NCBI GenBank assembly: GCA_042850255.1
Contig: AP031373.1
Location: forward strand, 150,001-182,000
Source: Nanobdellota archaeon
Lineage (GTDB): Archaea > Nanobdellota > Nanobdellia > Nanobdellales > Nanobdellaceae
DNA: 32,000 nt
Direction of reading: 5' to 3'
Made by a program: the position numbers and the translations under genes. The notes beneath the pieces are model-generated. The model saw only the letters and a list, made by a program, of their open reading frames with translations, did no database searches and was not told the DNA's origin. Below, in pieces: positions 1 to 9,527 of the stretch. How positions within the stretch are numbered: position 1 is the stretch's first letter; each line of letters begins with the position of its first letter.

Positions 1-1291
1 TTTCTCCATTTTCTATTGCTTCTCTTAATTGTTCTGAATCCAAAGGTCTAGTAGGTCTTATAGCTTCATGAGCTCCACCTTCTCCCCATGATCTACCAAC
101 AAATAATTCTTCTCCAAATTTTTCAGAAATATAATCTTTTGCTATAGAGATTCCTAATGGAGATATTCTAGTAGAATCTGTTCTATGATATGTAATTAAT
201 GCAGATTCGAATAATTCTTGTAATATTTGCATTATTCTATCTACCCCTATTTTTAATACCATATTTGCATCTTGTAAAATTGTACTAGTTATATAGGGAG
301 GTAATGGATCTATTTTTTCTTCTACCTCTTTATATTCTAAAACCTGTATTTCTTTATCTTTTAAATTTTTTATTATTTTATTTATTGTTCTTCTATCCTT
401 TGCATCAGTATCTATTACTAATTTCCTATCATCTTCTAATATCAATTCTAAAATATATGATCTTGATCTATTTCTTTCAATAAATCTATCAATTATCCAA
501 CCTAAAACAGGAGTTTGAACTCTTCCAGCAGATAACCAATTTTTATTAAAATATTTTTGGACTATTTGGGATAAACTAAATCCTAACCATCTATCTTCTA
601 TTCTTCTAACAACTTGTGATTTTACTAAATTTAAATCTATATCCCTTAAATTTTGTAAAGCATTTAATATTGCAGTTTTTGTTACTTCATGAAATTCTGC
701 TCTTTTTATATTTCTATTAAATGGGTATAAAACTAAATATAATGAATATGCAATCATTTCACCTTCTGTATCAGGATCTGTTCCTATTATTACCTGGTCT
801 ACTTCTTGTGCTAATTCTTGTAAAGCTTTAATCCTATTTATAGAATCGTCTATATTTGTAGAACCACAATATGGACATTTTCCATCTTTATATTCAGTAA
901 ATTGAGCTCCACAATTCAAACATTTTTTTATAGTATTATAATATGGATAAAAATCTTGTTCTTTTCTTTCTATACCAAATAAACCTATTGGATCTGTAGT
1001 TAATTCTAATATATGACCTTTGGAGGCGGTAATAATTAAATGAGCATTACCTAACGATACTTCATATATTTTTATTCCATTTATATTTCTTATAGAAGGT
1101 CTACCAAAAAATGATGATATAGTTCTAGCCTTATTAGGAGATTCAACTATAAATAATATAACTTTCATTAATTCTTGTACACTTTTTTCAATTTTTCCAG
1201 TTTTAATATCTTTCACTATTTCCCTTTCTTCTTCAATTTCTTTTTTTATTTTTTCTATATCTATTTCTGAAAAATTCTTAAAAATATACAT
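1..1291 (-). CDS. rgy: Reverse gyrase topoisomerase-IA (C-terminal) module as a stand-alone gene; start is in the window and the ORF runs off the left edge
   Basis: Not in the ORF track because it is open at the window edge. My minus-strand translation from ATG 1291..1289 gives MYIFKNFSEIDIEK...ILFIVESPNKARTISSFFGRP (Toprim), a CLNCGAQF..CPYCGS zinc ribbon, GTDPDTEGE, AEFHEVTK, GRVQTPVLGW and ITYHRTDSTRIS (active-site Tyr motif). The frame looks open to position 1. Confidence 0.85.
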   Translation of the reverse strand, partial: MYIFKNFSEIDIEKIKKEIEEEREIVKDIKTGKIEKSVQELMKVILFIVESPNKARTISSFFGRPSIRNINGIKIYEVSLGNAHLIITASKGHILELTTDPIGLFGIERKEQDFYPYYNTIKKCLNCGAQFTEYKDGKCPYCGSTNIDDSINRIKALQELAQEVDQVIIGTDPDTEGEMIAYSLYLVLYPFNRNIKRAEFHEVTKTAILNALQNLRDIDLNLVKSQVVRRIEDRWLGFSLSQIVQKYFNKNWLSAGRVQTPVLGWIIDRFIERNRSRSYILELILEDDRKLVIDTDAKDRRTINKIIKNLKDKEIQVLEYKEVEEKIDPLPPYITSTILQDANMVLKIGVDRIMQILQELFESALITYHRTDSTRISPLGISIAKDYISEKFGEELFVGRSWGEGGAHEAIRPTRPLDSEQLREAIENGE

Positions 1292-1569
1292 TATAATTGA
1301 GCCAAAGATACAGATACTATTTCAGAATTACTTACCCCTTCTATGCTATTTATTTTTTCTAATAATTCTTCTTCACTAAATTCTTGATCTGGATATAAAA
1401 ATTTTATTAATAAAGCATTTAATCCAAATGCAATAGGTTGTATTTCATGAGATAAATATTGACCTCCAAATTCTTTTATTTTTTCCTTAGCTTTTTCATT
1501 TATATTTTCTAAATTTACATCTACATCGTTTGGGGATATTTTTAATGTTATAACAACATATCTTGCCAT
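1291..1569 (-). CDS. ef1b: Translation elongation factor aEF-1 beta
   Basis: 92 aa with the typical aEF-1beta size and pattern (VVITLKISP.DVDV..., EIQPIAFGL.AL, SIEGVSNSEIVSVS). Its stop overlaps the reverse-gyrase start (TAATG). Confidence 0.85.
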   Translation of the reverse strand: MARYVVITLKISPNDVDVNLENINEKAKEKIKEFGGQYLSHEIQPIAFGLNALLIKFLYPDQEFSEEELLEKINSIEGVSNSEIVSVSLAQL

Positions 1570-1570
1570 T

Positions 1571-1744
1571 TTATGGTCCTATAAATCCACAGTTTGGGCA
1601 TTTCCATTCTAAGCCTAGAGATTTTTCTCTATTATTTCTTATTATAACACCTTGTCCACAATTTGGACATATAAATTTTACTATAGTATCTCCCACCATT
1701 AACTTCCTTAATGTATTTGTTCTTTCAATTTCATTTATATCCAT
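1571..1744 (-). CDS. Small Zn-ribbon protein (57 aa), of the type usually found next to aEF-1beta in archaea
   Basis: My translation is MDINEIERTNTLRKLMVGDTIVKFICPNCGQGVIIRNNREKSLGLEWKCPNCGFIGP*, with two CPNC knuckles. It is too short for the ORF track. The plus-strand ORF 1563..1757 listed there is its antisense shadow. Confidence 0.7.
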   Translation of the reverse strand: MDINEIERTNTLRKLMVGDTIVKFICPNCGQGVIIRNNREKSLGLEWKCPNCGFIGP

Positions 1745-1768
1745 TAAATATTCATAATTAATTACCTT

Positions 1769-2677
1769 TTAAATCTTTTGTATAGATAGAAGTAATAAAT
1801 TTTTATTGTTATTATATATATTAACTTTATCTGAAATTTCTAGATTATATTTAATAATATAATTTTTGATATTATTAATTATCTTTTCGTATTTTTCTTC
1901 TTTATTGTATAATAATAAAAATAATTTTCCATTGTTTTTTAGAATCTTATCAGAATGATAAAAAATATATTTATCTTTTATATTTATTTTTTGATCCTTT
2001 TTTATCCTAAAAGTAAATATTTTATCTATAGATTTTTCTTTAAACTTCAAATCCAACCATTCTATATCAATTCTCCTAAAATATATTATATCTTTAACTA
2101 AAGCTTTTTCAGAATTCTTTTCTATATCATTTAATATATTATTATCTTTGTTTATACAATATATTTTTCCTTTTACTTTTTCTTTTATATTTTCAAATTT
2201 TTCTATGAAATCTGAATATTCAATTATTTCTCTTTTTCTCCAAAAAATTGTAGGGATATTTTTTAATATCAATCCTTCTTCTATACTAAAAGATCCATCA
2301 TCCATTAAATTTATTATTTCTTCATTTTCTTTTATATTAGAATAATACAAAATTTTACTAACAACTGTGGTTTTTATTTTTCCTAGTTTTTTTATTTCAT
2401 ATCCTCTATTATATAAATTACTTATTAGAAATTTCTCATATTTATTATTTTCCTTATAATATATATTATCTATAGTTCTAGATAAATATAATAATTTTAA
2501 TCTTTCATAAAAATTCGAATTAAAGAATATAAATACTTTATTATTTTTTTCTACTTTCTTATATTCAATATATCTATTTAATATATTGTTTATTTCATTT
2601 AAAGTAATATTTTCCAATCCTTTATCGGTAGTACATAATGTATTATAAATATCTTCCATAATATATAATAATGACAT
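1769..2677 (-). CDS. Hypothetical protein, K/N/I-rich
   Basis: Long ORF of 302 aa with no motif I can name confidently. The real start may be the internal Met at 2659 (MEDIYNTL), because the 2677 start overlaps the divergent ORF at 2671. Confidence 0.55.
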   Translation of the reverse strand: MSLLYIMEDIYNTLCTTDKGLENITLNEINNILNRYIEYKKVEKNNKVFIFFNSNFYERLKLLYLSRTIDNIYYKENNKYEKFLISNLYNRGYEIKKLGKIKTTVVSKILYYSNIKENEEIINLMDDGSFSIEEGLILKNIPTIFWRKREIIEYSDFIEKFENIKEKVKGKIYCINKDNNILNDIEKNSEKALVKDIIYFRRIDIEWLDLKFKEKSIDKIFTFRIKKDQKINIKDKYIFYHSDKILKNNGKLFLLLYNKEEKYEKIINNIKNYIIKYNLEISDKVNIYNNNKNLLLLSIQKI

Positions 2678-3015
2678 ACATTAATTATATTATCTCTATT
2701 ATAATATTACTATTAACATTTTCATTATCTATAATCACAAAAAAATATATAAAAGAGGATATAAGGAAATATAAAAAAATATTATCGTATTTTTCTATAT
2801 TTTTTCTTTTATTAATAATACCATTTAATTATATAATATCTTTATTCTTACTTTTTTATATATTATTATATTATAAGTATAATCAAAAATTATTTCTTAT
2901 TTTTGAATCATCTTTTATCATATATTCTTCTTATTATATTAATATTTTTACAATCTCTCAAACAATCTTATTTATAATAATATCTACCTTTATATATTAC
3001 AAGGAATTTAAATAA
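2671..3015 (+). CDS. Possible small polytopic membrane protein
   Basis: 114 aa made almost entirely of I/L/F/Y/S, with 3-4 hydrophobic segments. A stop-free run of this length is unlikely by chance in such AT-rich DNA, but there is no homology signal and the 5' end overlaps the neighbouring divergent gene. Confidence 0.4.
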   Translation: MTYINYIISIIILLLTFSLSIITKKYIKEDIRKYKKILSYFSIFFLLLIIPFNYIISLFLLFYILLYYKYNQKLFLIFESSFIIYSSYYINIFTISQTILFIIISTFIYYKEFK

Positions 3016-3019
3016 AAAT

Positions 3020-3625
3020 ATGGATATTAAAGATGTTATAAAAAATAGAAGAAGTATAAGAAAATATTTAGATGAAGATGTTCCATATGAAGATATAATA
3101 GAAATTATAAGTTATGGAATATTAGCACCAATTGCTGGAAATATTTCTCATTATTATTTTATTATAGTAAAGGATCCTGAAAAAATAGAAAAAATATCAA
3201 ATGCGTCTGGACAAGAATTTATAAAGAATGCAAATACATTATTAATAATTATATCTGATGACAAAAAAATGGAATCTTTATATGGAGAAAAAGGAAAAGT
3301 ATATGCTATACAGGATACTTCTGCAATAATAGAAAATATATTATTAGTAGCTACAGATAAAAATATTGGAACATGCTGGATTGGTAGTTTTGATGAAGAT
3401 AAAGTAAAAGAAATATTAGAAGTACCTAAGGATAAAAATGTTCATGCAATAATTACTTTAGGATATCCTAATGAAAATTTAAAACAAACTAGTAGGCCCA
3501 GTTTATATGATATAATATTTTTTGAAAAGTGGGGTAATAAATCATATAAACCACAATTTTATCCATTAATGAGAAATATAAAAGGAATAATTGATTATTT
3601 AAGAAAAAGTTTTGAAAAATTTTAA
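3020..3625 (+). CDS. Nitroreductase-family flavoprotein
   Basis: N-terminal IKNRRSIRKY signature, followed by APIAGN, IQDTSAIIENILLVA and GTCWIG, all typical of the nitroreductase fold. Confidence 0.8.
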   Translation: MDIKDVIKNRRSIRKYLDEDVPYEDIIEIISYGILAPIAGNISHYYFIIVKDPEKIEKISNASGQEFIKNANTLLIIISDDKKMESLYGEKGKVYAIQDTSAIIENILLVATDKNIGTCWIGSFDEDKVKEILEVPKDKNVHAIITLGYPNENLKQTSRPSLYDIIFFEKWGNKSYKPQFYPLMRNIKGIIDYLRKSFEKF

Positions 3626-4455
3626 ATTAATTTTTTCTCTGTCAAAGATACTTGTGCAGGTTTTAATTTTGGTAATATATTTTCTATCAATTGATCTATA
3701 AATTTAGCCAAAGCTGGAGCATATAACCATACAGCAACATCCATAGAAGATATTATTTCTCTTTCATCAAATAACATCATCAATATTTCCTCAGAATCTA
3801 CAGTAACAACTCTACCTCTAAAGTCTCCTGCATCATATATTTCTACTACATTCATTAACTCTTGTACATATTTTGCATTTTCGTCGCTTATAGGAGTTAT
3901 AACCCTTACTGGTATTTGTCTTTCTTTTAATTCGTAAAATATAGGTTTTAAAACTATAGCATTCCGTACGAAAGTTAATTCTGTAGTAACAATATTTACT
4001 TGTTTCTCTGCTTCTTTTAACATTGATTCTAAATGACTAATTATATTTTGTTGACCTCTAAGAGCACCGGATTTCTCAGATATATCTATTGCAGCAGATC
4101 CAGATTTATGCAAAGCATCTAATTCTTGTATTAAATCTGAACCTTTTAATTTCTCCAATTCACTCATTTTTCTAGTTATACTTTCTTCATATTTTTTCTT
4201 TACTCTTTCTACTACTTCATTAGGAGGAATAGCCATGTATTTTATTGGTTTTCCTAGTTTCATGATTACAAATCCTTTCTTTTCTAAAGATTCTAAAACA
4301 TCATATGCTCTAGACCTTGGAATATCAGCAATATCTGCTAATTCTCCAGCAGTTGCTACACCTTTTGACAATAGAGCTAACCAAATACGTGCTTCATAAG
4401 TATTTAAATTAAAAGCAGATTTTATTTTATTTACTAACTCCTCACTAACAGCCAT
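3622..4455 (-). CDS. TrmB-family transcriptional regulator
   Basis: N-terminal winged helix YEARIWLALLSKGVATAGELADIADIPRSRAYDVLESLEKKGFV, then a coiled coil and a C-terminal domain, which is the TrmB architecture. Confidence 0.8.
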   Translation of the reverse strand: MAVSEELVNKIKSAFNLNTYEARIWLALLSKGVATAGELADIADIPRSRAYDVLESLEKKGFVIMKLGKPIKYMAIPPNEVVERVKKKYEESITRKMSELEKLKGSDLIQELDALHKSGSAAIDISEKSGALRGQQNIISHLESMLKEAEKQVNIVTTELTFVRNAIVLKPIFYELKERQIPVRVITPISDENAKYVQELMNVVEIYDAGDFRGRVVTVDSEEILMMLFDEREIISSMDVAVWLYAPALAKFIDQLIENILPKLKPAQVSLTEKKLI

Positions 4456-4488
4456 ATAAATATTATAAATGCAAAAGTTTAAAAAGAA

Positions 4489-6183
4489 CTACCCTCTCTG
4501 GTTTTCATATAGGTTTTCTAATCTAGTTAATGTATCTGATTCCTCAGGAGATTTATCAGGTCTTAACCTTATAAATCTTGGAAATCTCAATGCATAACCA
4601 GAAGAATATTTGGGACTTTTCTGTATCTCATCATATAATACTTCTATAACTATTTTTGGTTTAATTTTTACATATTTTCCTTCTTGGGATTCAATTAAAG
4701 GTTTTAACATTTCCGTCATTTCTTCAAAAGTTACGTCATCTGGAGATTCTTTCTTTTCTTTAAATCCACTTCCAACTTCACCAACTTCCAAAAATCTACC
4801 AGTTTCTTCATCTCTTATAGCAATAACAAAAGATGTCAACCATCCACTTCTTTTACCTTCTCCCCACTCTGCACCTACTATTACTACATCTAACGATTCT
4901 TTAACAGGTTTTAGTTTTACCATATAACCAACCCTTCTTCCAGGATGATATGGAGCATCTAATTTCTTAAACATGACCCCTTCTAAACCATTTCTTATCG
5001 CCTCTTCAAAGAACTTTTGAGCTTCTTCATCAGATCCAGTAACAATATTCTCTGCTAAAGATAATTTACCTGGAGTTTGTTTTACAATAGATTCTAATAT
5101 TTTTCTTCTATCTTTAAATGGAGTATTTAATAGAGATTTTCCGTCATAATATACTATGTCAAATAATCTTACTTCAACGGGTATTTCTTTTACCATTTTT
5201 TCTATATCATATTTTCTTTTTATTCTTTGGGATATTCTTTGAAATGGTAAGTATTTTTTATTTTCTTTATCATAACCTACTATTTCTCCTTCTACTAAAA
5301 AATCTTTATCTTGAGGTAGACATTCTTTAACATATTGTACTACATCTGGAAATTGTTTAGTTACATTTTCTAATCTTCTAGTCCATAATATAATATTATC
5401 ACCTTTTTTATGTATTTGTACTCTAAACCCATCATATTTATATTCTACTTCTGCAGGCCTTCCAACAATATCTAAAGCTTCCTTAGCACTTTCTGCCTTT
5501 ATTGCCAACATAACCCTTATAGGGCTTCCTAATATTGGTTCTAATTTAAATACTATATCTTTTCCATTTTCCAGTATTTTTCTTACTAACTCTCCAAAAT
5601 CATTTAATATTGAATAGGACATTTCTACATTCTCTGATGGTAGTCCAAAAGCTTTTGCTATTGCTTCAATTATTATACCTTCCCCAACCCCTATTTTTAG
5701 ATCTTCTAATGCCAATCTTGCAATATATCTAGCCTCAACTGGAGAAGAAGAAACAAATAAATTTGCTAAATATCTTATTTTTTTATCTTGTGCTCCTTCT
5801 CCTTCTAATTCTCCAATTAATCTAAAGGTATTATATACATCCTTTACTGTTAATTTTTTAACAAATATTGTCTTTTGCTTTCTTTCACTTACTAATTTTT
5901 CTGCTACAATACCCAAATCGCCAGTTTTAACAAATAAATCTTCTATATAACTTTTATCATACCCTGTAGCAATTGATAAAGCTCTGATTGTAAATTTTTC
6001 ACCCACTCCTATTTCTTTATCTTCCCAAGGATAAAATATTGTACCTTGAATTAACATAAATGTCTCTTTTAGAGAATCTTTATCTATTTCTTTTATAAAT
6101 CTGGCAAGAATATCAGTTTTAGTAGTTTTTTCAGATACAGATTCCAATCTTTTAAAAGTTTGAGCTAATTTTTCAAATTCCAT
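4489..6183 (-). CDS. lig: ATP-dependent DNA ligase
   Basis: 564 aa with the adenylation motif EYKYDGFRVQIH (KxDG) plus EGEIV, EGVMFK and LKPV..LDVVIVGAEWGEGKR, the ligase motifs in canonical order. Confidence 0.95.
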   Translation of the reverse strand: MEFEKLAQTFKRLESVSEKTTKTDILARFIKEIDKDSLKETFMLIQGTIFYPWEDKEIGVGEKFTIRALSIATGYDKSYIEDLFVKTGDLGIVAEKLVSERKQKTIFVKKLTVKDVYNTFRLIGELEGEGAQDKKIRYLANLFVSSSPVEARYIARLALEDLKIGVGEGIIIEAIAKAFGLPSENVEMSYSILNDFGELVRKILENGKDIVFKLEPILGSPIRVMLAIKAESAKEALDIVGRPAEVEYKYDGFRVQIHKKGDNIILWTRRLENVTKQFPDVVQYVKECLPQDKDFLVEGEIVGYDKENKKYLPFQRISQRIKRKYDIEKMVKEIPVEVRLFDIVYYDGKSLLNTPFKDRRKILESIVKQTPGKLSLAENIVTGSDEEAQKFFEEAIRNGLEGVMFKKLDAPYHPGRRVGYMVKLKPVKESLDVVIVGAEWGEGKRSGWLTSFVIAIRDEETGRFLEVGEVGSGFKEKKESPDDVTFEEMTEMLKPLIESQEGKYVKIKPKIVIEVLYDEIQKSPKYSSGYALRFPRFIRLRPDKSPEESDTLTRLENLYENQRG

Positions 6184-6213
6184 AAAAAATAATTATGAAA
6201 AATAAATAAAAAT

Positions 6214-7302
6214 TTATAACAATAAGGTTTCTATTCCTAAGTTTGCATCCTTTACAAATTTACCAGTTTCCATTTCTTCTTTCCATTTTGATAACACATA
6301 TGGACTCTTGACTCCAGAAATTATAACTGTAGCTTTTATTCTTCCTTTCATTGAATCATCAATTCTTGCTCCCAATATAGTTAATGAATCTTCACCTAAA
6401 TATTTTCTTACATATTCTGCTACTTCATTTACTTCTTGTAAGCTCATATCTGGACCTCCAGTTACATGTATTAAAGCTCCTGTAGCACCTTCATAATTTA
6501 CATCTAATAATGGTAATTCCATTGCTCTCTTGGCTGCCATTTTGGCTCTTTCTTCTCCATCAGCAACACCAATGCCTACTATAGAAGCCCCTCCTCCTAT
6601 TCCTAATACAGTTTTTACATCTGCAAAATCTAAATTAATATATGAAGGTGTTGCAATTGTTTCTACTAATCCTTTTATCATCTGTCCTATAACATTATTC
6701 GCATATCCAAATGCTTGGGAAACTGGTAGATTACCTGCATATTGCAATATTTTATTATTATCTATTAATATAACATTATCTGCGTATTTTCTTAACTGTG
6801 CTAATCCTTCTTCTGCTTTTTCTCTTCTTACCAATCCTTCAGATGCGAAAGGTAATGTAGCTACTGCTACTACTAATGGTACTCCAGCTTCTTTTGCAAT
6901 TTGACAAACCACAGGAGCACCACCAGTACCTGTTCCTCCTCCTAATCCTAATGTAACCCAAACCATGTCTGCACCTTCTACCAATTTTCTTAAATCACTT
7001 TGAGATGCTCTAGCAGCTTCTAAACCTTTAGAAGGTAATCCTCCAGCACCTAAACCTTTTGTTACATCTTTTCCTAGCAATATTTTCTTATGAGCTTTAA
7101 CAATCTTTAAATGAGCATAATCTGTATTTGCAGCAATAACTTCTGCACCTTTTATATCCATTTTATATAACCAATCTGCCATATTAGAACCTGCTCCTCC
7201 TACTCCAACTATCTTTATTGTTGGTACCAATTTAAATTCCTCTCCTGGATTTACTCCTATTATTTCCTCTTGCTCACTTTTATTATAAATTTCTTCTGCC
7301 AT
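6214..7302 (-). CDS. ftsZ: Cell division GTPase FtsZ
   Basis: GVGGAGSNM, the tubulin signature GLGGGTGTGGAPV and NTDYAHL, with typical length. Confidence 0.95.
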   Translation of the reverse strand: MAEEIYNKSEQEEIIGVNPGEEFKLVPTIKIVGVGGAGSNMADWLYKMDIKGAEVIAANTDYAHLKIVKAHKKILLGKDVTKGLGAGGLPSKGLEAARASQSDLRKLVEGADMVWVTLGLGGGTGTGGAPVVCQIAKEAGVPLVVAVATLPFASEGLVRREKAEEGLAQLRKYADNVILIDNNKILQYAGNLPVSQAFGYANNVIGQMIKGLVETIATPSYINLDFADVKTVLGIGGGASIVGIGVADGEERAKMAAKRAMELPLLDVNYEGATGALIHVTGGPDMSLQEVNEVAEYVRKYLGEDSLTILGARIDDSMKGRIKATVIISGVKSPYVLSKWKEEMETGKFVKDANLGIETLLL

Positions 7303-7588
7303 AGTATAGTATAAACTTTTTTATATTAAAAATATTTTTCTAATATAATAATACAAATTAAAGTTATTTAATATTTATTTAGTATTCTAAGATAGGTTTT
7401 AACGGAAAATAAAGAAAATTCTATTTATATATTTAATTATAAGGAAATATAGAAGGAATAAAAAATGAAGTTAAGATAATCATTAAAGAAAATATTAATA
7501 AATATTACTAATAACTACTATAATATAGATATAATTATGATAATCATAAACGAATATATTTATAAATTTTTCTAATAATATTACTATT

Positions 7589-7885
7589 ATGAAGTCAGAA
7601 ACTGCTGTTGGAATTGGAATGCTATTGCCTGCTTTATTAATATTGGCAACATTAGTAACTACAACAAATTATCTAGTAAAAGATATACAACAAATGAACG
7701 GAGGATTAATTACATATGCAAATTGTGCACAAAATATGATGAATTACGCTTTCCTAGGGCAAGTATATAATTTTACTCAATGCTATCTACAACAAGTAAA
7801 TCAGACGCAATTAAATTGTTACTATAATTCTACAAATATTGTTTGTAATGTAAATGGAACTTCTTATGTGTATCCATTAAACTAA
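7589..7885 (+). CDS. Small secreted or membrane-anchored Cys/Asn-rich protein, same style as the 16.7-20.0 kb cluster
   Basis: 98 aa. The N-terminus MKSETAVGIGMLLPALLILATLV is a single hydrophobic helix. The remainder has 4 Cys and 4 N-x-S/T sequons (NFT, NQT, NST, NGT). It is preceded by a 286-bp AT-rich spacer. Confidence 0.6.
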   Translation: MKSETAVGIGMLLPALLILATLVTTTNYLVKDIQQMNGGLITYANCAQNMMNYAFLGQVYNFTQCYLQQVNQTQLNCYYNSTNIVCNVNGTSYVYPLN

Positions 7886-7910
7886 AAAAATTTTTTATTA
7901 AAATTTTTTA

Positions 7911-9182
7911 ATGAAATATGCAAAATTAAAAACAAAGGATAGCAAAATATTTGAAGGAATTTTAGTAAATGAAACAAACGAATTTATAATCTTAAAATTA
8001 AAAAATGGATACAATATTGGAATAAAAATTGAGGATGTAGAAGAAATAGAAAAAAAAGATGTAGAAGAAACTAAAGAAGAAAAAATTATTGAAATTCCTA
8101 AAAGAAAAGAAAAAATATCAATAATAGCAACTGGTGGAACAATATTATCCAAAATAGATTATAGAACTGGAGGTGTACATATGCTAACAAAACCTGAAGA
8201 ATTAATAGATCTTGTTCCAGATTTATTAGATTATGTAGAAATAAAAAATATAGAAAGACCTTTTTCTATTGCTTCAGAAGATATGATACCAGATAATTGG
8301 ATAGAAATTGGAAAAATTGCTGTAAAATTATTAAAAGATGACATAAATGGTATAACAATATTGCATGGTACAGATACTATGCATTATACATCTTCTGCAT
8401 TATCTTTTATTATAAGAAATCTAAATAAACCGATCAGTCTAACTGGATCTCAGAGATCCTCAGATAGACCTTCTTCAGATGCGTTTTTAAATTTATTATC
8501 TTCTGCAATATATGATAATTCTAAAATAGCAGAAGTAGCAATAGTAATGCATGGTTCTAGTTCAGATAATTTTTCATATGCACATAGAGGAACAAAAGTT
8601 AGAAAAATGCATACAGAAAGAAGAGACGCTTTTCAATCTATAAATGATTTACCATTAGCAAAAATATATCCATTAGAAAAAAATATAGAAATAATAAATA
8701 AAAATTATAGAAAAAGAAATAATGAAGAACCATATTTAGATGATAAAATAAATAAAAAAGTAGCATTAGTAAAAACATATCCAGGGTCTGATCCAGATGT
8801 AATAAAATATTATGTAGATAAAGAATATAAAGGAATTGTAATTGAAGGAACAGGATTTGGGCATGTTCCTACAAATCCTACAGATATAAAATATTCATGG
8901 ATAGAAAATATAAAATATGGAATAGAAAAAGGCACAATATTTGTTATGACATCTCAAACAATATATGGAAGAACAAATCAATTTGTATATAGTAATGCTA
9001 GATTACTGTATAATTTAGGAGTAATATATGCAGAGGATATGACTCCAGAAACTGCTTATGTAAAACTAATGTATGTATTAGGACATACTGAAAATTATGA
9101 AGAAGTTAAAAAAATGTTCTTAACTAATATAGCTGGAGAAATAAATAATAGAAGTTTATACGAATTTTTTAATGAACAATAG
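7911..9182 (+). CDS. gatD: Glu-tRNA(Gln) amidotransferase subunit D (asparaginase-like)
   Basis: Small N-terminal barrel domain followed by an asparaginase core (SIIATGGTI, HGTDTM, GTGFGH). Size and layout match GatD. Confidence 0.9.
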   Translation: MKYAKLKTKDSKIFEGILVNETNEFIILKLKNGYNIGIKIEDVEEIEKKDVEETKEEKIIEIPKRKEKISIIATGGTILSKIDYRTGGVHMLTKPEELIDLVPDLLDYVEIKNIERPFSIASEDMIPDNWIEIGKIAVKLLKDDINGITILHGTDTMHYTSSALSFIIRNLNKPISLTGSQRSSDRPSSDAFLNLLSSAIYDNSKIAEVAIVMHGSSSDNFSYAHRGTKVRKMHTERRDAFQSINDLPLAKIYPLEKNIEIINKNYRKRNNEEPYLDDKINKKVALVKTYPGSDPDVIKYYVDKEYKGIVIEGTGFGHVPTNPTDIKYSWIENIKYGIEKGTIFVMTSQTIYGRTNQFVYSNARLLYNLGVIYAEDMTPETAYVKLMYVLGHTENYEEVKKMFLTNIAGEINNRSLYEFFNEQ

Positions 9183-9498
9183 ACCCTTCTTTTATATCTT
9201 TATCAACAGTTAATAAAGATATATTTCCATTATTATCCTCTGCTGCTAATAACATTCCTTGAGATTCTATTCCTCTAAATATTTTAGGTTGTAAGTTATA
9301 AACTATTATAATTTTCTTGTTTAACAATTCCTCTTTTTTATACCAATTTTTTATACCTGAAACAATTTGCCTTATTTCCCCACCTACATCTACTTTTAAT
9401 ATATATAATTTATCTGCATTTGGATGATCTTGTACGTCAATTATTTTTCCTACCCTTAATTCTATTTTCTTAAAATCTTCAATAGAGATATATTCCAT
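9169..9498 (-). CDS. Stand-alone tRNA-binding (Trbp111/EMAP-type OB) domain protein
   Basis: FKKIELRVGKIIDVQDHPNADKLYILKVDVGGEIRQIVSGI matches the tRNA-binding OB domain found at MetRS C-termini and in CsaA/Trbp111. The 3' end overlaps gatD convergently by 14 nt. Confidence 0.8.
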   Translation of the reverse strand: MEYISIEDFKKIELRVGKIIDVQDHPNADKLYILKVDVGGEIRQIVSGIKNWYKKEELLNKKIIIVYNLQPKIFRGIESQGMLLAAEDNNGNISLLTVDKDIKEGSIVH

Positions 9499-9527
9499 TT
9501 AAATTTATTTCTAAAATTTATTTATAA

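Noticed and set aside
1769-2677. The 302-aa ORF as a THUMP/methyltransferase-like enzyme (LMDDGSFSIEEG loosely resembles the SAM-binding motif DPxCGSGT)
   Set aside because: The resemblance is a few residues only, and the catalytic DPPY-type motif is absent. The evidence is not sufficient for a call.
4610-6904. Plus-strand ORFs 4610..4927, 5118..5330, 6308..6496 and 6530..6904 from the track
   Set aside because: They lie entirely antisense to the well-supported DNA ligase and ftsZ genes. Their low-complexity S/F/I/L/P composition is typical of shadow frames.
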